Shown here piece after piece: positions 24,301 to 37,549 of a stretch of DNA of 64,000 nucleotides. The notes beneath the pieces are model-generated. The model had not been told where the DNA came from and made no database searches. It saw nothing but the letters and a program-made list of their open reading frames with translations. The stretch is taken from positions 53,754,001-53,818,000 of the forward strand of contig OX597830.1 in assembly GCA_951406725.2 (NCBI GenBank), read 5' to 3'. The position numbers and the translations under genes were made by a program. This DNA is from Octopus vulgaris. Its lineage: Eukaryota. Within the stretch, counting starts at the first letter, position 1; each line of letters begins with the position of its first letter.

Positions 24301-24630
24301 AATTTTCTTGTATTTTCATTTATATCTATATTTTCATAGCATACATGTATCTACTCACACACACACACACACACACACAACACACACCAAGCGATATATA
24401 TATATTTTCTGTGAGAGAGAGAGTGAATCAATAAATACTATACAAGTTGTTCAGACTCCTGTCAGATTCCACAGTGTTACACCTGGCACCTTTCGCCACA
24501 AGCACACACACACACGGACCATACGTGTATTTTGCAGTGAGAATGTGCTAATTGGTTTTGGAATTGTCAATAATATTCCTTTCCGAAATATGTTTAAAAG
24601 AAACAAAAAAGATCAAGAAGGCATGCCCAT

Positions 24631-24662
<32 letters not shown>

Positions 24663-24704
24663 TCACCTGCTTGAACACTTACATAAACTCACATGTATAC
24701 ACGA

Positions 24705-25003
24705 TCGTGAGGTTGTGAGCTCGAATCCCGGACCGGGCTGCGTGTTGTGTTCTTGAGCAAGGCACTTTATTTCACGTTGCTCCAGTTCACTCAGCTGTAG
24801 AAATGAGTTGCGACGTCACTGGTGCCAAGCTATATCGGCCCCTTTGTCTTTCCCTTGGATAACACTGGTGGCGTGGAGAGGGGAGGCTGGTATGCATGGG
24901 CGACTGCTAGTCTTCCATAAACAACCGTGCCCGGACTTGTGTTTTGGAGGGTAACTTTCTAGGTGCAATCCCATGGTCATTCATGACCAAAGAGGGTCTT
25001 TTA
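24705..25003 (+). mobile_element. V-domain-like tRNA SINE
   Basis: B-box-like GAGCTCGAATCCC followed by GTGTTCTTGAGCAAGGCACTT. Related degenerate copy at ~61100-61390. Confidence 0.6.
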
Positions 25004-25359
25004 TACACATAAATATATACATAATAATAGGGCTGAGGGGTAAGTGCCCCAGCACAGCATCCTATATACTCAATAAACATGTATGTAATTGAGTTGGAAA
25101 GAAACTTCCAATTAACTGAAGTTATCCATGCAATTAGTAAACAAAAACTTCCTCTGAAGGTGCTTATTGAAAAAAAAAAAGTAGCACCAATGAGAATAGC
25201 TAAAAGTAAAGTCTTTGAAAAATAAGCATGGTGCAGATAAGGGTCAATCTGGTCTTTGAAGTCAGCTGGCAACAGCGATGCACATGTTCCAGTCTTATTA
25301 GCCTCTTTAGCAATGGGTAATAAGTGAGCATTTATAAACATAATGTTGTGTCAGTACAT

Positions 25360-26036
25360 ACTGTGTGTGTGTGTGAGCATGTGCACTTTTGTTTGTCCCC
25401 CACTGTTGCTTGACAACCAGTTTTGGTGTGTTTATGACTGCATAACTTAGCAGTTTGGCTAACGAGACTGATAGAATAATTACCAGACTTAACAAAAAAT
25501 AAGTACTGGGGTCTATTCATTCAACTAAAAAAGATTTCTTGAAGGTGGTGCCCCAGCATGACCACAGTCTAATGACTGAAACAAGTAAAAGATTAAAAAA
25601 ATATGTTACTTTGTTACTTGTTTCAATCGTTTGACTGTGGCCATGCTGGAACACCACCTTTAATTGAGCAAATCGACCACAGGACTTATCCTTTGTAAGC
25701 TTAGTACTTATTCTATCGGCCTCTTTTGCTGAACCACTAAGTTACGGGAACGTAAACACACCAGCATCGGTGTGTGTGTGTCAAGCGATGTTGGGGGGAC
25801 AAACACAGACACACACACGTATACACACACACACACATACATACATACATTATATATATATATATATATACACACACACATATACACGACGGGCTTCTCC
25901 GTCTACCAGATCCACTCACAAGGCTTTGGTCGGCCCAAGGCTATAGTAGAAGACACTTGGCCAAGGTGCCACGCAGTGGGACTGAACCCAGAACCATGAG
26001 GTTGGTAAGCAAGCTCCTTACCACACAGCCACTCCT
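25360..26036. mobile_element. tail-to-tail CORE-type SINEs (25360-25600 +, 25610-26036 -)
   Basis: Similarity to 11035-11422. Confidence 0.8.
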
Positions 26037-26356
26037 GTGTATGTGCGTGTGTGCTGAAAAAGTTTGGCATTGGCTCATATAGTCCAAGGTTTGTTTTCAC
26101 ACTGAGCATGCTATTGGCTTGCATCCTGTGTGACAGGTAACAGGTTGAACAATATGCCTTGAGTAATACCTGGTAGGGAGAAAACTGGGAGTAGTCCATC
26201 ATGTGTGCGCATGTGAATGTGTTTCCTTTGTCTTGACACATGCATACTGTTCATAAATGAAGCATCACCGTTTATACAAATGACATCATTTATTTGCAGT
26301 TCTCTGCACAAGCATGCCTATGCTTTTTGTTGCTCAATAAACTAGAGAAATATTAA

Positions 26357-27137
26357 CCTTATTTACATTATTTACATTTGACAGATATTTGTCCTCATCT
26401 TGTTTGTTGTTAACACAATGTTTTGGCTGATATACCCTCCAGCCTTCATTAGGTGTCTTGGGGAAATTTCGAAACCTGGGTTCTCATTCCTAAGGTATTT
26501 TTCAATGTTGTTCTTGTTATTATTATTATTATTGTTATTATTATTATATGGAATCGAACTTGGAATCTTGGGGTTAGTAGCTCGCGCTCTTAACTACTAC
26601 GCCATATGCCCATAGTGTAGTGGTTAAGAGCGCAGGCTACTAACCCCAAGATTCTGAGTTCGATTCCAGGGAGTGACCTGAATAATAACGATAATAATAA
26701 CATCGAAAAATAGGATGAAAGGCAAAGTCAACCCTTGCAGAATTTGAACTCAGAACGGAAAGACTGATGAAATGCTGCTAAGCATCATGCCCAGCATGCT
26801 AACAATTCTTCCAGTTTGCTGCCCTAATAAAAATATTAACAACAACATAAACCACTATGCCATATGCCCATGGGCATATGGCGTAGTGGTTAAGAGCGCG
26901 AGCTACTAACCCCAAGATTCCAAGTTCGAATCCAGGCAGTGACCTGAATAATAATAATAATAACAACAACAACATCGAAAAATACCTTAGGAATGAGAAC
27001 CCAGGTTGAAAATTTTCCCATGACACCTGATGAAGGCTGGAGGGTATATCAGCTGAAACGTTGTGTTAATAACAAACAAATATCCGTCAACTGTAAATAA
27101 TGAACATAATTCCTCATCTCTTAAATATAGAACTGAA
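26357..27137. mobile_element. compound HHR-SINE locus: - copy (26357-26611), inverted head (26612-26711), then inverted duplicate of 22245-22679 (26712-27137)
   Basis: Direct sequence comparison. The HHR is mutated in the - copy (CTAATGA, CAAAA) and intact in the + copy. Confidence 0.85.
27022..27067 (+). ncRNA. minimal type I hammerhead ribozyme
   Basis: GACAC CTGATGA AGGCTGG AGGGTATA TCAGCT GAAA C GTT|GTGTT; predicted cleavage after 27062. Confidence 0.8.
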
Positions 27138-27453
27138 ATAAGAACCTATTGCTTAGAAACAGGAAAAGGTTAATGGCAAGAAGAACATCTAGCCACCGAA
27201 AATTTTGCTTTGAGGAAATCTCATCTTACCCATGAAGACATAGAAATGTAGACATTAAAATGGTGATGATGAAGACTTTTAAATTTTGGTTGGTTGGTTG
27301 GCATGACTTACAAGTGATCAGTTTATATATATATATATATAGAAATTGAGGGATTGTAATGATGCTGGTTATGAAGATCTGTGTGTGTGCCTGACCCAGT
27401 GTGTGTGTGTGTGTGTGTATATATGTGCACACATACATACATGCACACCCTTC

Positions 27454-27488
<35 letters not shown>

Positions 27489-27633
27489 GCACACACACAT
27501 ACATACATACACACCCTTCCGTATGTGTGTTTATACAAATATATATATATGTACTGGAGAATTAATGATGATATATGTACATGCACATACACAGATTTAT
27601 ACTCTCTTACATTTACTCAGTTGCTCACTGATG

Positions 27634-27664
<31 letters not shown>

Positions 27665-28184
27665 ATACATGCACACATATGTATTTATATACATATATAT
27701 ATATATATATTTACATGCATACATGGACATGATGGCCTTGTTGAAGTGTTTGATTGCGGATTCATGGTCTGTGAGTTTATATTCAGTATAGGTATTTTGT
27801 TGGATTCCTGAACTAAACACTAAATTCCACATTCCCATCGGTCACACACATGTGAGCGGTAGCACAGTAATTATGAGATCTTGTGGAGAATCTATGATGG
27901 CAGGGTTTGTTTTTCATCTATTTAAAATGGGTTCGTATAAGATTTTGTGGGGCTTACCCGAGCAAAATGGTAAAGTTGGGGTTCTGCTATAGTATTTTAA
28001 GGATCCATGATAACATTTTGATTTAGATTTATTTATTTCAAGAAACAGCAAGGTTTCTAATGTTTTGCATAGTTTAGCAAGTTTCCAGCTGTTGAAACAT
28101 GTTCTCTCAGAGTGCTGGTGCAAAACTAAACGAGTGAATGTGTGAAAAACAAAATAGGAATTTTGCAAGTGATAGCAATAAAAC

Positions 28185-28753
28185 TATTGGTTTGTCCGCA
28201 AAGTTCGTGCCGATTTTTAAAGGAAAGAAAAAGGTCAATAAATACTTGCCATTACATTTTTAATCAACCAAATATGAACCATTTTGTTGCACAATGGGTC
28301 TCCATTTTTCCTTTAACTTAAAAATACCCTCTTCCCAGAATTGAGGGGGTTTCATGGCAAAGAATTCATCAAGGTATCTTTTTACGTCATCCAAGGAATT
28401 GAAACTTTTACCATTAATACTATTCTGCAGAGACCTGAATAAGTAGAAATCCGAAGGAGCAATATCTGGTGAATATGGAGGGTGGGGTAACACATCCCAG
28501 CCGAGCTGCAGCAATTTTTGTCTGGTTCCCAAATCATCAAGTGCCGAAAATGAACTTTCTCATCTTTTATTTTAAAGGGTTACAGAATTAACACAGGTTA
28601 TAGGAACGTAAGCCTTTTTCCACGAAAAGATAGCTTAAACTGTACTCTAAATGGAGGTGTAGTCAAATCCTATTTTATGGACTCAAACATGTTCTAAAAT
28701 AAGTCAAAAGATAAGCTACTATAAATTGGCACGAACTTTCCAGGCAACCCAAT
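28185..28753 (-). mobile_element. internally deleted mariner with both TIRs (ORF 28260-28532)
   Basis: LGWDVLPHPPYSPDIAPSDFYLF. TIRs TATTGGTTTGTCCGCAAAGTTCGTGCCGATTT and AAATTGGCACGAACTTTCCAGGCAACCCAATA. Confidence 0.9.
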
Positions 28754-29054
28754 ACTGTTTAAACTTGAAATGGTAATGGGGGTCCACCAGAATAAAGCAG
28801 TAATCAAAGGTGTTCATAGGTAAAAATAAGGACCAAATAAAAATAATAAACATCAGCAGCACTTTTTCTGTCAGCAGGGGCTATTAAGAAATTATCGAGA
28901 ATCTGTGAGCTAAAGTTGGGAATTGTAAAGTGTGCAACCTTTTAAAAGCTTGGGGTCTGGGAGAAAGGGTGAGAATCATCTGCTATACATACTCACTGAA
29001 TCTGTTAGAAATAGCAGCCAAATCTTTTGTGAAATGCCTACCATCCCTTGTATA

Positions 29055-29400
29055 ATCATCATCGTTTAACGTCTGCTTTCCATGCTAGCATGGGTTGGAC
29101 AATTTTGACTGAGGGCTGGCGAACCAGATGGCTGCACCAGGCTCCAATCTTGATCTGGCAGAGTTTCTACAGCTGGATGCCCTTCCCAATGCCAACCACT
29201 CCGAGAGTGTAGTGGGTGCTTTTTACGTGCCACTTGCACGGGGGCCAGTCAAGCGGTACTGGCAATGACCTCACTCGAATCTTTTTACACATGCCACCGG
29301 CAGAGGTGCCAGTAAGGCGACACTGGTAACGATCATGCTTGAATGGTGCCCTTTTATGTGCCAAGGCACGGGGGCCAGTCAGGCGGTACTGGCAATGACT
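29055..29400 (-). mobile_element. RTE-tailed repeat with internal subrepeats
   Basis: Same family as 16588-16847, 41935-42265, 52568-53250 and 63600-63980. Confidence 0.8.
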
Positions 29401-30644
29401 TCTGTCTGTCTGTCTGTCTCTCTGTATGTCTGTCTATCTATCTATCCCTATCTACACATCACACACACACGTGTGCATGCACTGTTGTGTATGTAGGGGC
29501 CCCTAGTGCATTGCCCTTCTCAGGGTCTATAGGCATTAAGACAACCTGGGTTATGCTAGGGTGTTTTTGATGATAGATCGATAGGGCTTTTCTGTTTTGA
29601 TAATAGATTGTTAATAGACTGGGTTTAAGCTGGAGCTAGTCCTTCTTTCTCTTTACATATGAGGGAGCCTCAACAGGGGTCACTTAATCTGTTAGAAATA
29701 ATCACAAGGGACTAAGAATTAATTACTTTCAGTTAATGTTTTTCTGCTTAGCATTTACCTTCTGCTATCTCACCTTTCTCTCTGTTGCCTCCACCACCTC
29801 TCTCTCTCCCCCCTTGGAGCTCTCCCCTTCCCTGTCTCCCTCAGGAGCTCTCCCCTCCTTGCTCTCCATTTCCCCTCCCTCTCTCCCCCTCTTCCCCTTT
29901 TCTTTTTCTCTCTTTCTCGCTTACCATTCTACCTTCCCTCTCCCTCCCACCAACTATCTTCTCACCCTCTCCTTCAGACCAGCTCTCCTCTCTCCCTCCC
30001 TCTCCCTCATACCAGCTCTCCATTTTTCTTTCTTTCTATCCTAGTATCTAAAATTGTTGTTCATTTCCCCCCCTTCCTTTTTCCAACTCTTCTCACACTA
30101 CCACAAGCTGTACCTCAAAACCAGTTATTCTTTCTTTATTTCGTCCTGTTTTTCTTTCTCTACTTTGTCCTCTCTTTTTTTTTTCACCTGTCTGTCTGTC
30201 TGTCTCTTTTTTTCTCTTCCTACTTTCACTCTCATACATTTTCCCACTATATCATCACTCTCTGCTCTCATCCACTCGGCTACCATTTCATAACTTAGTT
30301 TTAAACCACTATCATTCTCCCCCCCCCCCCTCCCCAACCCATCCCTGCCACACACCTGTACTGTCATCTTCTTGACACCAGCTTCTTGCCATGTCTCCTT
30401 TCAAGTAAACCAAAGAGGAGAGGGAAGAAAGGGAAGTTCTACTAAATTCGCTCTCATTCTCTTTTCCTCCCCCACCTCCTCTATTGGAATCGGAAACCGA
30501 AATGACGATCGTTTTACAATCAATTAGTTTAGAAATAGAATAAATCAACGAAATATGAGAGTTGATGCGCATACATGTACGCAGACGTATACATGTCCAT
30601 GTGAATACACATGCATATACATAGATACACACACAAATGTACAT

Positions 30645-30707
<63 letters not shown>

Positions 30708-32296
30708 TAGGTATAAGAAACACTGCTAGATATTATTATTCACAGCAAACCTGTATACATGTCTGTTTGTGTGTGTATGCATATGTGTATGAAGGTTCTT
30801 GGATCAAAGATCAAGGCGACCAGAATTCCAAAGAGGTTTCGATACGAGTTAAAGGTAACTGCAAAGTGAATTAAGCTGTATTTTATAGATTTAATGTTTT
30901 AGGAAAGAAAATCTGTTTCTGCTAATTCAGTAGCTTTTCTGAAACAGTGCCTCTGAGTGTGTGTGTATATGTGTGTGTATATGTGCACACTCATGCACAG
31001 TACATCCAAGAATGGAAGTTTATTATATTTGTTCTTTCACTACAGTTGTTTCAAGAAACATGGTTCAGATACATCATGACTACAAATCATCATCATCATC
31101 ATTTAACATCTGTTTTCAATGCTAGTATGTGCTGACCAGCTGGAGAACTGCCAAGGTTCCGATTTTCTCATTTTGGCATGGGTTTTACAGCTGCATGCCC
31201 TTCCTAATGCCAACCACTTCACAGAGAGCACTGGGTGCTTTTTATGTGGCACCAGCATGGGTCCTTAAAAGCACCCACTCTGTGAAGTGGTTGGTGTTTG
31301 TCCATGTTCATCTCATCAAAGATCAGAAAAGCAATACAATTTACACTTGGAAAATTATGATATATATATATGTGTGTGTGTGTGTGTGTAGTTATTTGTT
31401 AAGACCTTAGGATGAGGAGCATTGTATGTAAAGAGAGAAGATGAATGTTCTAGCATGCAGCAAGCAATAGGGTAGGCCAGTATTGAAAATGGAGATTAAT
31501 TTATTTGTATTAAATGAGGTTATTATTGTATTAAGAATAAAACTTGGATGTACCGTGTCAAACCAATTATCTGGCAAGCTTGGGACTACAAGTGTCCCAG
31601 ATTTCTGAATTTTTGGGGTCCTGGAGACAGTCTAATATACTTAAAATATAAAATAAACTATGAAAGGAAATAGCTAAATTATATTTAAATTAATAGACTT
31701 CTAAAGCAGGGTCTGTTTGATGCTTTTTAATCTACTTAAAATTCTTAAAATGTATCGTACTGTACAATACAGAGGGGGGGGGAGGCAAACATCACGCACC
31801 AAAACATTTGGCATTTTATTTATATTACATTATTTTTATTCATTTTGTTCATCATGTACAAGTATTTGTGTATTCAGCATTATTCTGTCTTTTTTATTCA
31901 ATTTTTTGGAAGAATGAAGTATGTCTTTGACAATTCACGATCATGTTGAACCTATTTTCATTATCATCATCATCGTTTAATGCCTGCCTTCCATGTTGGC
32001 ATGATTTTCTGCATGTCATTTTGGCCCACCCTGGGATGAAAATTATTTGAAGCAAGGTAAAGAATATGGCTTTACTTAACAAATACATGTACAAATTAAT
32101 ACAATTCTAAAGCATAGTATGTTTAATCCCTATTAATCCACTTAAAAAAGTGAAGAACAAAGCTATTTTTTAACATACCGTATGCAAGTTAGCCAACTTC
32201 AAAATCAAGATCTTTTTACTCAATATTAGACATAGTATCTTGCACAGTACTGCACAGTATTCTTGGATTTCTGGAAGTCAGATAAGAGGTCTGGTA

Positions 32297-32340
<44 letters not shown>

Positions 32341-32440
32341 GTTCAGCAAAATTTAGATTCAGATGAATATGGTACTTAAGTCAAATGCACCAGAATTTTG
32401 TATGGTATTATCCATATAAATCCATGGGGTGATTATAATT

Positions 32441-32586
32441 AAAATAAGCAACAAGTATATCCGAGGTACGATTGTTTCATGCTACTTCATTTTATTAAAC
32501 ACTGTAATACTTACAGTGCTTAATAAAATGAAGTAGCATGAAACGATCGTACCACATTACCTCGGATATACTTGTTGCTTATTTTG
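32441..32586. repeat. ~145-bp fold-back palindrome
   Basis: AAAATAAGCAACAAGTATATCCGAGGTA...CACTGTAA tac TTACAGTG...TACCTCGGATATACTTGTTGCTTATTTT. Confidence 0.85.
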
Positions 32587-32762
32587 AGTATATATATATA
32601 TATATGTCAATAGACATTAAAAAGAGCAACACAGATATGGTATTAGTTTAAAGGTTGAGACATTGAAATAATGAGAGTGGAGTGTCTTAACATTTCAGAT
32701 GTTAGTCCATCGTCAGAAAAAGAAAATGTTAGGGAGAGAGAATAAGAAAGAAATAATGAATA

Positions 32763-33128
32763 TCTCTCTCTATATATAAACGGCAAAATGTCTGTGTGCG
32801 TGTCCTTTATATAAATCCACAATTTTTCAGTTAGAGGGCTTGCACTTTCTATGGTCATTCAAAACCGTCCAAGGGTGCTCGTGCACATCTTTACATTTCC
32901 CCAGTCACCCCACAAAGCCATTAAAAAATCAATAGAAGTGACTTTTTTGTGAATTTTCTATCCAAAACCCAATCAAAATGCCTGAAACTTGGTACGCCAA
33001 TTGAATGCCAGCTAGGTGTATGTGATTGGTCGGAGATTTGGACAGTACTCGTGTGTATGTGAGCACGCATGCAGCTGTATATGCATGCACTAGCACTATA
33101 ACCCAGCAACACCGGGTCATAGTGCTGG
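32763..33128 (+). mobile_element. non-autonomous Helitron, second subfamily
   Basis: A|TCTCTCTCTATATATAAA start; ACCCAGCAACACCGGGT hairpin followed by CTGG|T (CTRR). Confidence 0.65.
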
Positions 33129-33619
33129 TATATAATAAAAAATTACAAGAAAATTATTACATTTAGATTAAAATTACAAAATTGCTAAATTATACACATA
33201 CATTGATGCCTATTTATGTATGTATAACAAACACATACCTATAATATAAATGAGTAGTATGATTTTGTTTTAAGTTCACAAGTATCAGTATGTATAGTAT
33301 ACTAACTACTGTTGACTAGCAATACTAATTAGCATTAGTTTATGGACTATAATGTACCAATTAGTACTGACTATTGTCTGTAATGTAATAACTCATGTTT
33401 TCTAGTGTCTGTAATGTTAGTAACTAGTACTGACTAGTATGCATATTGTGCTATAATACTGTAGTGTTGAAAATGGTGTTTGGTACCGCAGATCGGTAAG
33501 GGGAGAGAGACACATAAGAAGCAACCAGCAAAAAGACAGAACTATCGACAAACAGGCAGATTGAGAACTACACAAGTGGGAGGGGCAATTGTTTCTCTAA
33601 TTTCTTTTCATATTGACAG

Positions 33620-33704
33620 GTCCACATGATACAAGTGTCATCACAGTTTAGTTTCCAGTTCTGTTGTTGCACTTTAAACTTATTGAATCTCCCTGCAGGT
33701 GGCG
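33620..33704 (+). other. candidate non-coding (5'UTR) exon
   Basis: Acceptor TTTCTTTTCATATTGACAG| and donor GCG|GTATGT; unique sequence. Confidence 0.3.
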
Positions 33705-34236
33705 GTATGTTTATGGGGGTGGATGGATAGGAAACTTGTTGTGTTTCTTGATTTTGATTTCTCTCTTTAAAGTACTCTTCACTCTTGCTTGTTTAGTTGC
33801 CTCCACTTCATCTCCTCTGTTCCTCATCATCATCATCTCTCTTCTCCCTTATCCTCCTTTTCTGCCTTCCTCTTCTGCCTCCTCCTGTGTCTCTGTCAAC
33901 TGGCCTTTTTTCTTCTTTCTCTCGTTCTTCTGTTCCTCCTGCTCCTACTAACCTCCACCCAAAACCCACCATTACTTCCACCACCACCATCTGCCCTCCC
34001 TCTTCCCTATTCTTTTTCTTTTTGTCTTATTTTCCTATCTCCTCCTCCTCCTTCTTTATTTAACACCCACACTTTCTTTATAATATTCCAGACAGGGAGA
34101 GAGTTAAGAGAGACAGAGGGAGAGTGAGAGAAGGGGAACAGAAAGAGGGAAAGAGCAAATAGAAACAAGTAGAGAGAAAGATAGTGAGTTATAGTGAAAG
34201 AGAGAGAGACAGAAAGCTAGTTATAGTGAGAGAGAG

Positions 34237-34287
<51 letters not shown>

Positions 34288-34979
34288 GTTTCTGTGTGTA
34301 TAGAGAGATAGATAAAATATATTTTATTTCCCACATTTTAATATTCTTCCTTCTATGTCTTAGCTTTGAGGTGGGAAGGAACATTTACACTGGTTTTTTT
34401 AATACTTGCTTTGTTTTATTTTTTAGTTTTTTTGTTGTTGTTTTGTATCTGTTTTGTTAATGATCTTCACTTGATCTTCACACTCTCATAAACACACCTG
34501 TTACTCATCCCAGAGTGCATGACATCCGCTTCCCCGACACATATTTCTATAATTATTTGCAAGCACTTTACTGAATTTCAGATTCAATTAGTTATTAATT
34601 TATTAACTCGTGGTATTCATCATCATCATTTTCACATCTGCTTACCATGCTGGCATGAGTTGGAATGGTCATCGCGGTCTTCTCTTATTTGGAGCTGCTA
34701 CTTCCGTATACACACATATATACATATACATATATACACACACACACATATATATATACATATACAGCCAAACCCACACCCCACCCATGCTTTCCCCACT
34801 CTCGCCTCCCCCACCTTCCAACAACATCACACCACACCACACTACACCATACAACATTACACATCACATCACAACACACCACCCACACACCCATCCCCAC
34901 ATTTTCACACCTACACATACATATATGCACACGTCCAGACCATCAGCCCTCTTTCACACGCACATACATACTCTCTTAT

Positions 34980-35237
34980 ACACACATGCACCTTCGTGTT
35001 GGGGGTCATCTTTACTTTGTTATCTCCCCTACTTTCCCTTCTGTCCGAGTAAGTCGCCATGATAGATCGTTAGCCACTACACACATTTTTACTCTCCTTG
35101 TTTTTTCTGTGTCCCTTCCTGTAGAAGAGCGTAGGCTCGAAGCGTAAAAGACTTTTTCTATTCCCGAGCGTTATACTAATACATCTGTTTGTTTTGTACA
35201 CCACCTGTCTTCGTCTTTTGTTTTTTTCGTAAACTCT

Positions 35238-35240
<3 letters not shown>
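34980..35240 (+). mobile_element. probable Penelope-like terminal-repeat remnant with degenerate HHR-like motif (~35113-35150)
   Basis: CTGTAGA A GAGC gtag GCTC GAAG CGTA AAAG. CpG-rich insert that ends in a TA microsatellite. Confidence 0.4.
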
Positions 35241-35320
<80 letters not shown>

Positions 35321-35448
35321 TGTATATATGTGTGTGTGTATATATGTGTGTGTGTATATGTGTGTGTGTGTGTATGTGTGTGTGTGTGTATGTGTGTGTG
35401 TATGTGTGTGTGTGTGTGTATATATATGTGTGTGTGTGTGTGTATATA

Positions 35449-35480
<32 letters not shown>

Positions 35481-36540
35481 GTATAAGGAGCTGTGTAGAT
35501 CCTTTACAGTAGGAAACCTGATGTGTTCTCGCTCTTTCTCTTACACATTATTGCATTGTTCCATAGTGTAAATCTACCTCCCTGTCTACTGTAGTGTTAC
35601 TCAGTCAAAAGGGATCTTAGCCTTGTAGGTTGCATAGTGACCTCACTAATGGTGGTGCCATGAAAAACGTGCCAGGTACATGCTGTAAAGTGGTTAGCAT
35701 TAGGAAGGGCATCCAGCCACAGAAATCCTGCCAAAGCAGACACTGGAGCTTGACGCAGTCATTGAATCTGTCAGATCCTGTTAAGCTGATGATAATTATA
35801 CATGTATTGACACACAAAATGTTTCTGTGTGTGTGTATATGTATATCTATCCAATTATCTATGTATCTATCGACACGTACATGCACATACATATAAAGAT
35901 AGATACAAAGCTAAATAGCTAGAAAGATAGTCATTAGTGTATTGTGTGTGTGTGTTGTCTTCTTCAATAGCATTTGATGGTTTACAGACAACAAACTTGT
36001 ATGACATCCATTTTAATGAGTTGCAGTGAATTTATTCAAAACTACTGGATTAATGATTCTATTCCTGGAACACACAAACAAAACTTCTAATTAAACATAT
36101 TTCATTAACAGGTTCCACATTTCTCCTCCCACTCTGCCCCTTCTCCCTCTCCATTCTCACTCATTTTTCTTTCATTCTTTCCTCTAATCTATCTAAATAT
36201 TTCTCATGTCTCTCTTTCTCCATCTATCCTTCCATCCATCCATCTTTCTGTTTCTTTCTCCATTTAGCTATATCTGTCGAGCGCTTTATCCTTCCTCTGT
36301 CTCTCTCCATGAAAAAATCTGTTCATACTTTGAAGTGTAAAAGTCTCTTCCATTATACCCCACTCAAGAACAATGGCACTCCACTCAACAGCATCTTCAC
36401 CAAACTCAACAGCCACCATACTCCACTCAATAACAGCCAATAAAAAATTATGTATTATAGAATCAAAGGCCACATTATACTATTACTACATACTACACTT
36501 TTACTACACCACATTATACCAAATAAGACACTACACTATA

Positions 36541-36940
36541 TTACATTATTTACAATTGACGGATATTTGCCCTCATCTTGTTTGTTGTGAACACAACATT
36601 TTGGCTGATATACCCTCCAGCCTTTATCAGGTGTCTTGGGCAAATTTCGAACCTGGGTTCTCATTCCTAAGGTATTTTTCGATGGTGTTGTTATCATTAT
36701 TATTATTCAGGTCACTGCCTGGAATCGAACCCGGAATCTTGGGGTTAATAGCACGGGCTATTAACCCCAAGATTCCGAGTTCGATTCCAGGCAGTGACCT
36801 GAATAATAATAATAATATCAAAAAGCTGATGAAGGCTGGAAAGTTGTGTAAACAACAAACAAGATGAGGACAAATATCCACCAATTGTAAATAATGTAAA
36901 TAATGTACATAACTCCTCATCCCTTAAATATACAACTGTA
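36541..36940. mobile_element. head-to-head inverted pair of HHR-SINE copies (36541-36752 -, 36755-36940 +)
   Basis: Same family as 22245-22543. Inversion centred in the tRNA head (GGGGTTAATAGC acgg GCTATTAACCCC). The HHR is mutated in one copy and deleted in the other. Confidence 0.85.
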
Positions 36941-37329
36941 CTATATTACACAACCACACCACAGTACCAGGCTTTTGGGGTTTAGTACTAAGCTCCACTT
37001 ATGTGGTAGGAAGCTGTAAGTGGTGAACTTTTCCCCTTGGCTAGAACACCATAACACAGGTAACACTTACAAGGAGCTCTGGTGGTATGTGATACCTATT
37101 TCTTTCAACAGCTATGTTGAGGACAGTCTGTCTAGAATCTCAGGTGTCCTGCTTACACAAGCATATGAGCTGCATGTAGTTCAGGTATCTTAGCCACACA
37201 ACCACTATATTGCCTCCCCTCCACATACACATTCAAGAAGAAAACGGTTTGAGTCATCGAAGAATTAACACTCTTCCTCTACCTCACTCACTCACTCACT
37301 TACATGCATGCATGTATACGCACATGCAC

Positions 37330-37361
<32 letters not shown>

Positions 37362-37518
37362 AGTAGTTATTTCCATAGAAAGACCATTCGAAGAACCATG
37401 AAAGGAAATACTTTGGTTGCTTTTGCTTCAAAGACTTTTTAGAATCATGCTCTTATTTTGTTTGATTGATTCCTGATTCTGTATTCATCATGAACCAACA
37501 GCTCTGGTGTGATTAGAA

Positions 37519-37549
<31 letters not shown>

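Noticed and set aside
23562-24434. 290-aa ORF
   Set aside because: Translation of a polypyrimidine tract (S/P/L/F low complexity)
24907-25341. 144-aa ORF
   Set aside because: Runs through a SINE and a poly-A tract; no recognisable domain
27226-27838. Cys/Val/Tyr/His-rich ORFs here and at 34.5-35.5, 44, 51.5 and 54 kb
   Set aside because: Translations of (TA)n, (TG)n and (CA)n microsatellites
31549-32299. pogo/Tigger-like MITE
   Set aside because: Putative TIRs are too degenerate to confirm by eye
33699-33704. 6-nt microexon GTGGCG
   Set aside because: Explained equally well as the end of the longer candidate exon 33620-33704; no further support
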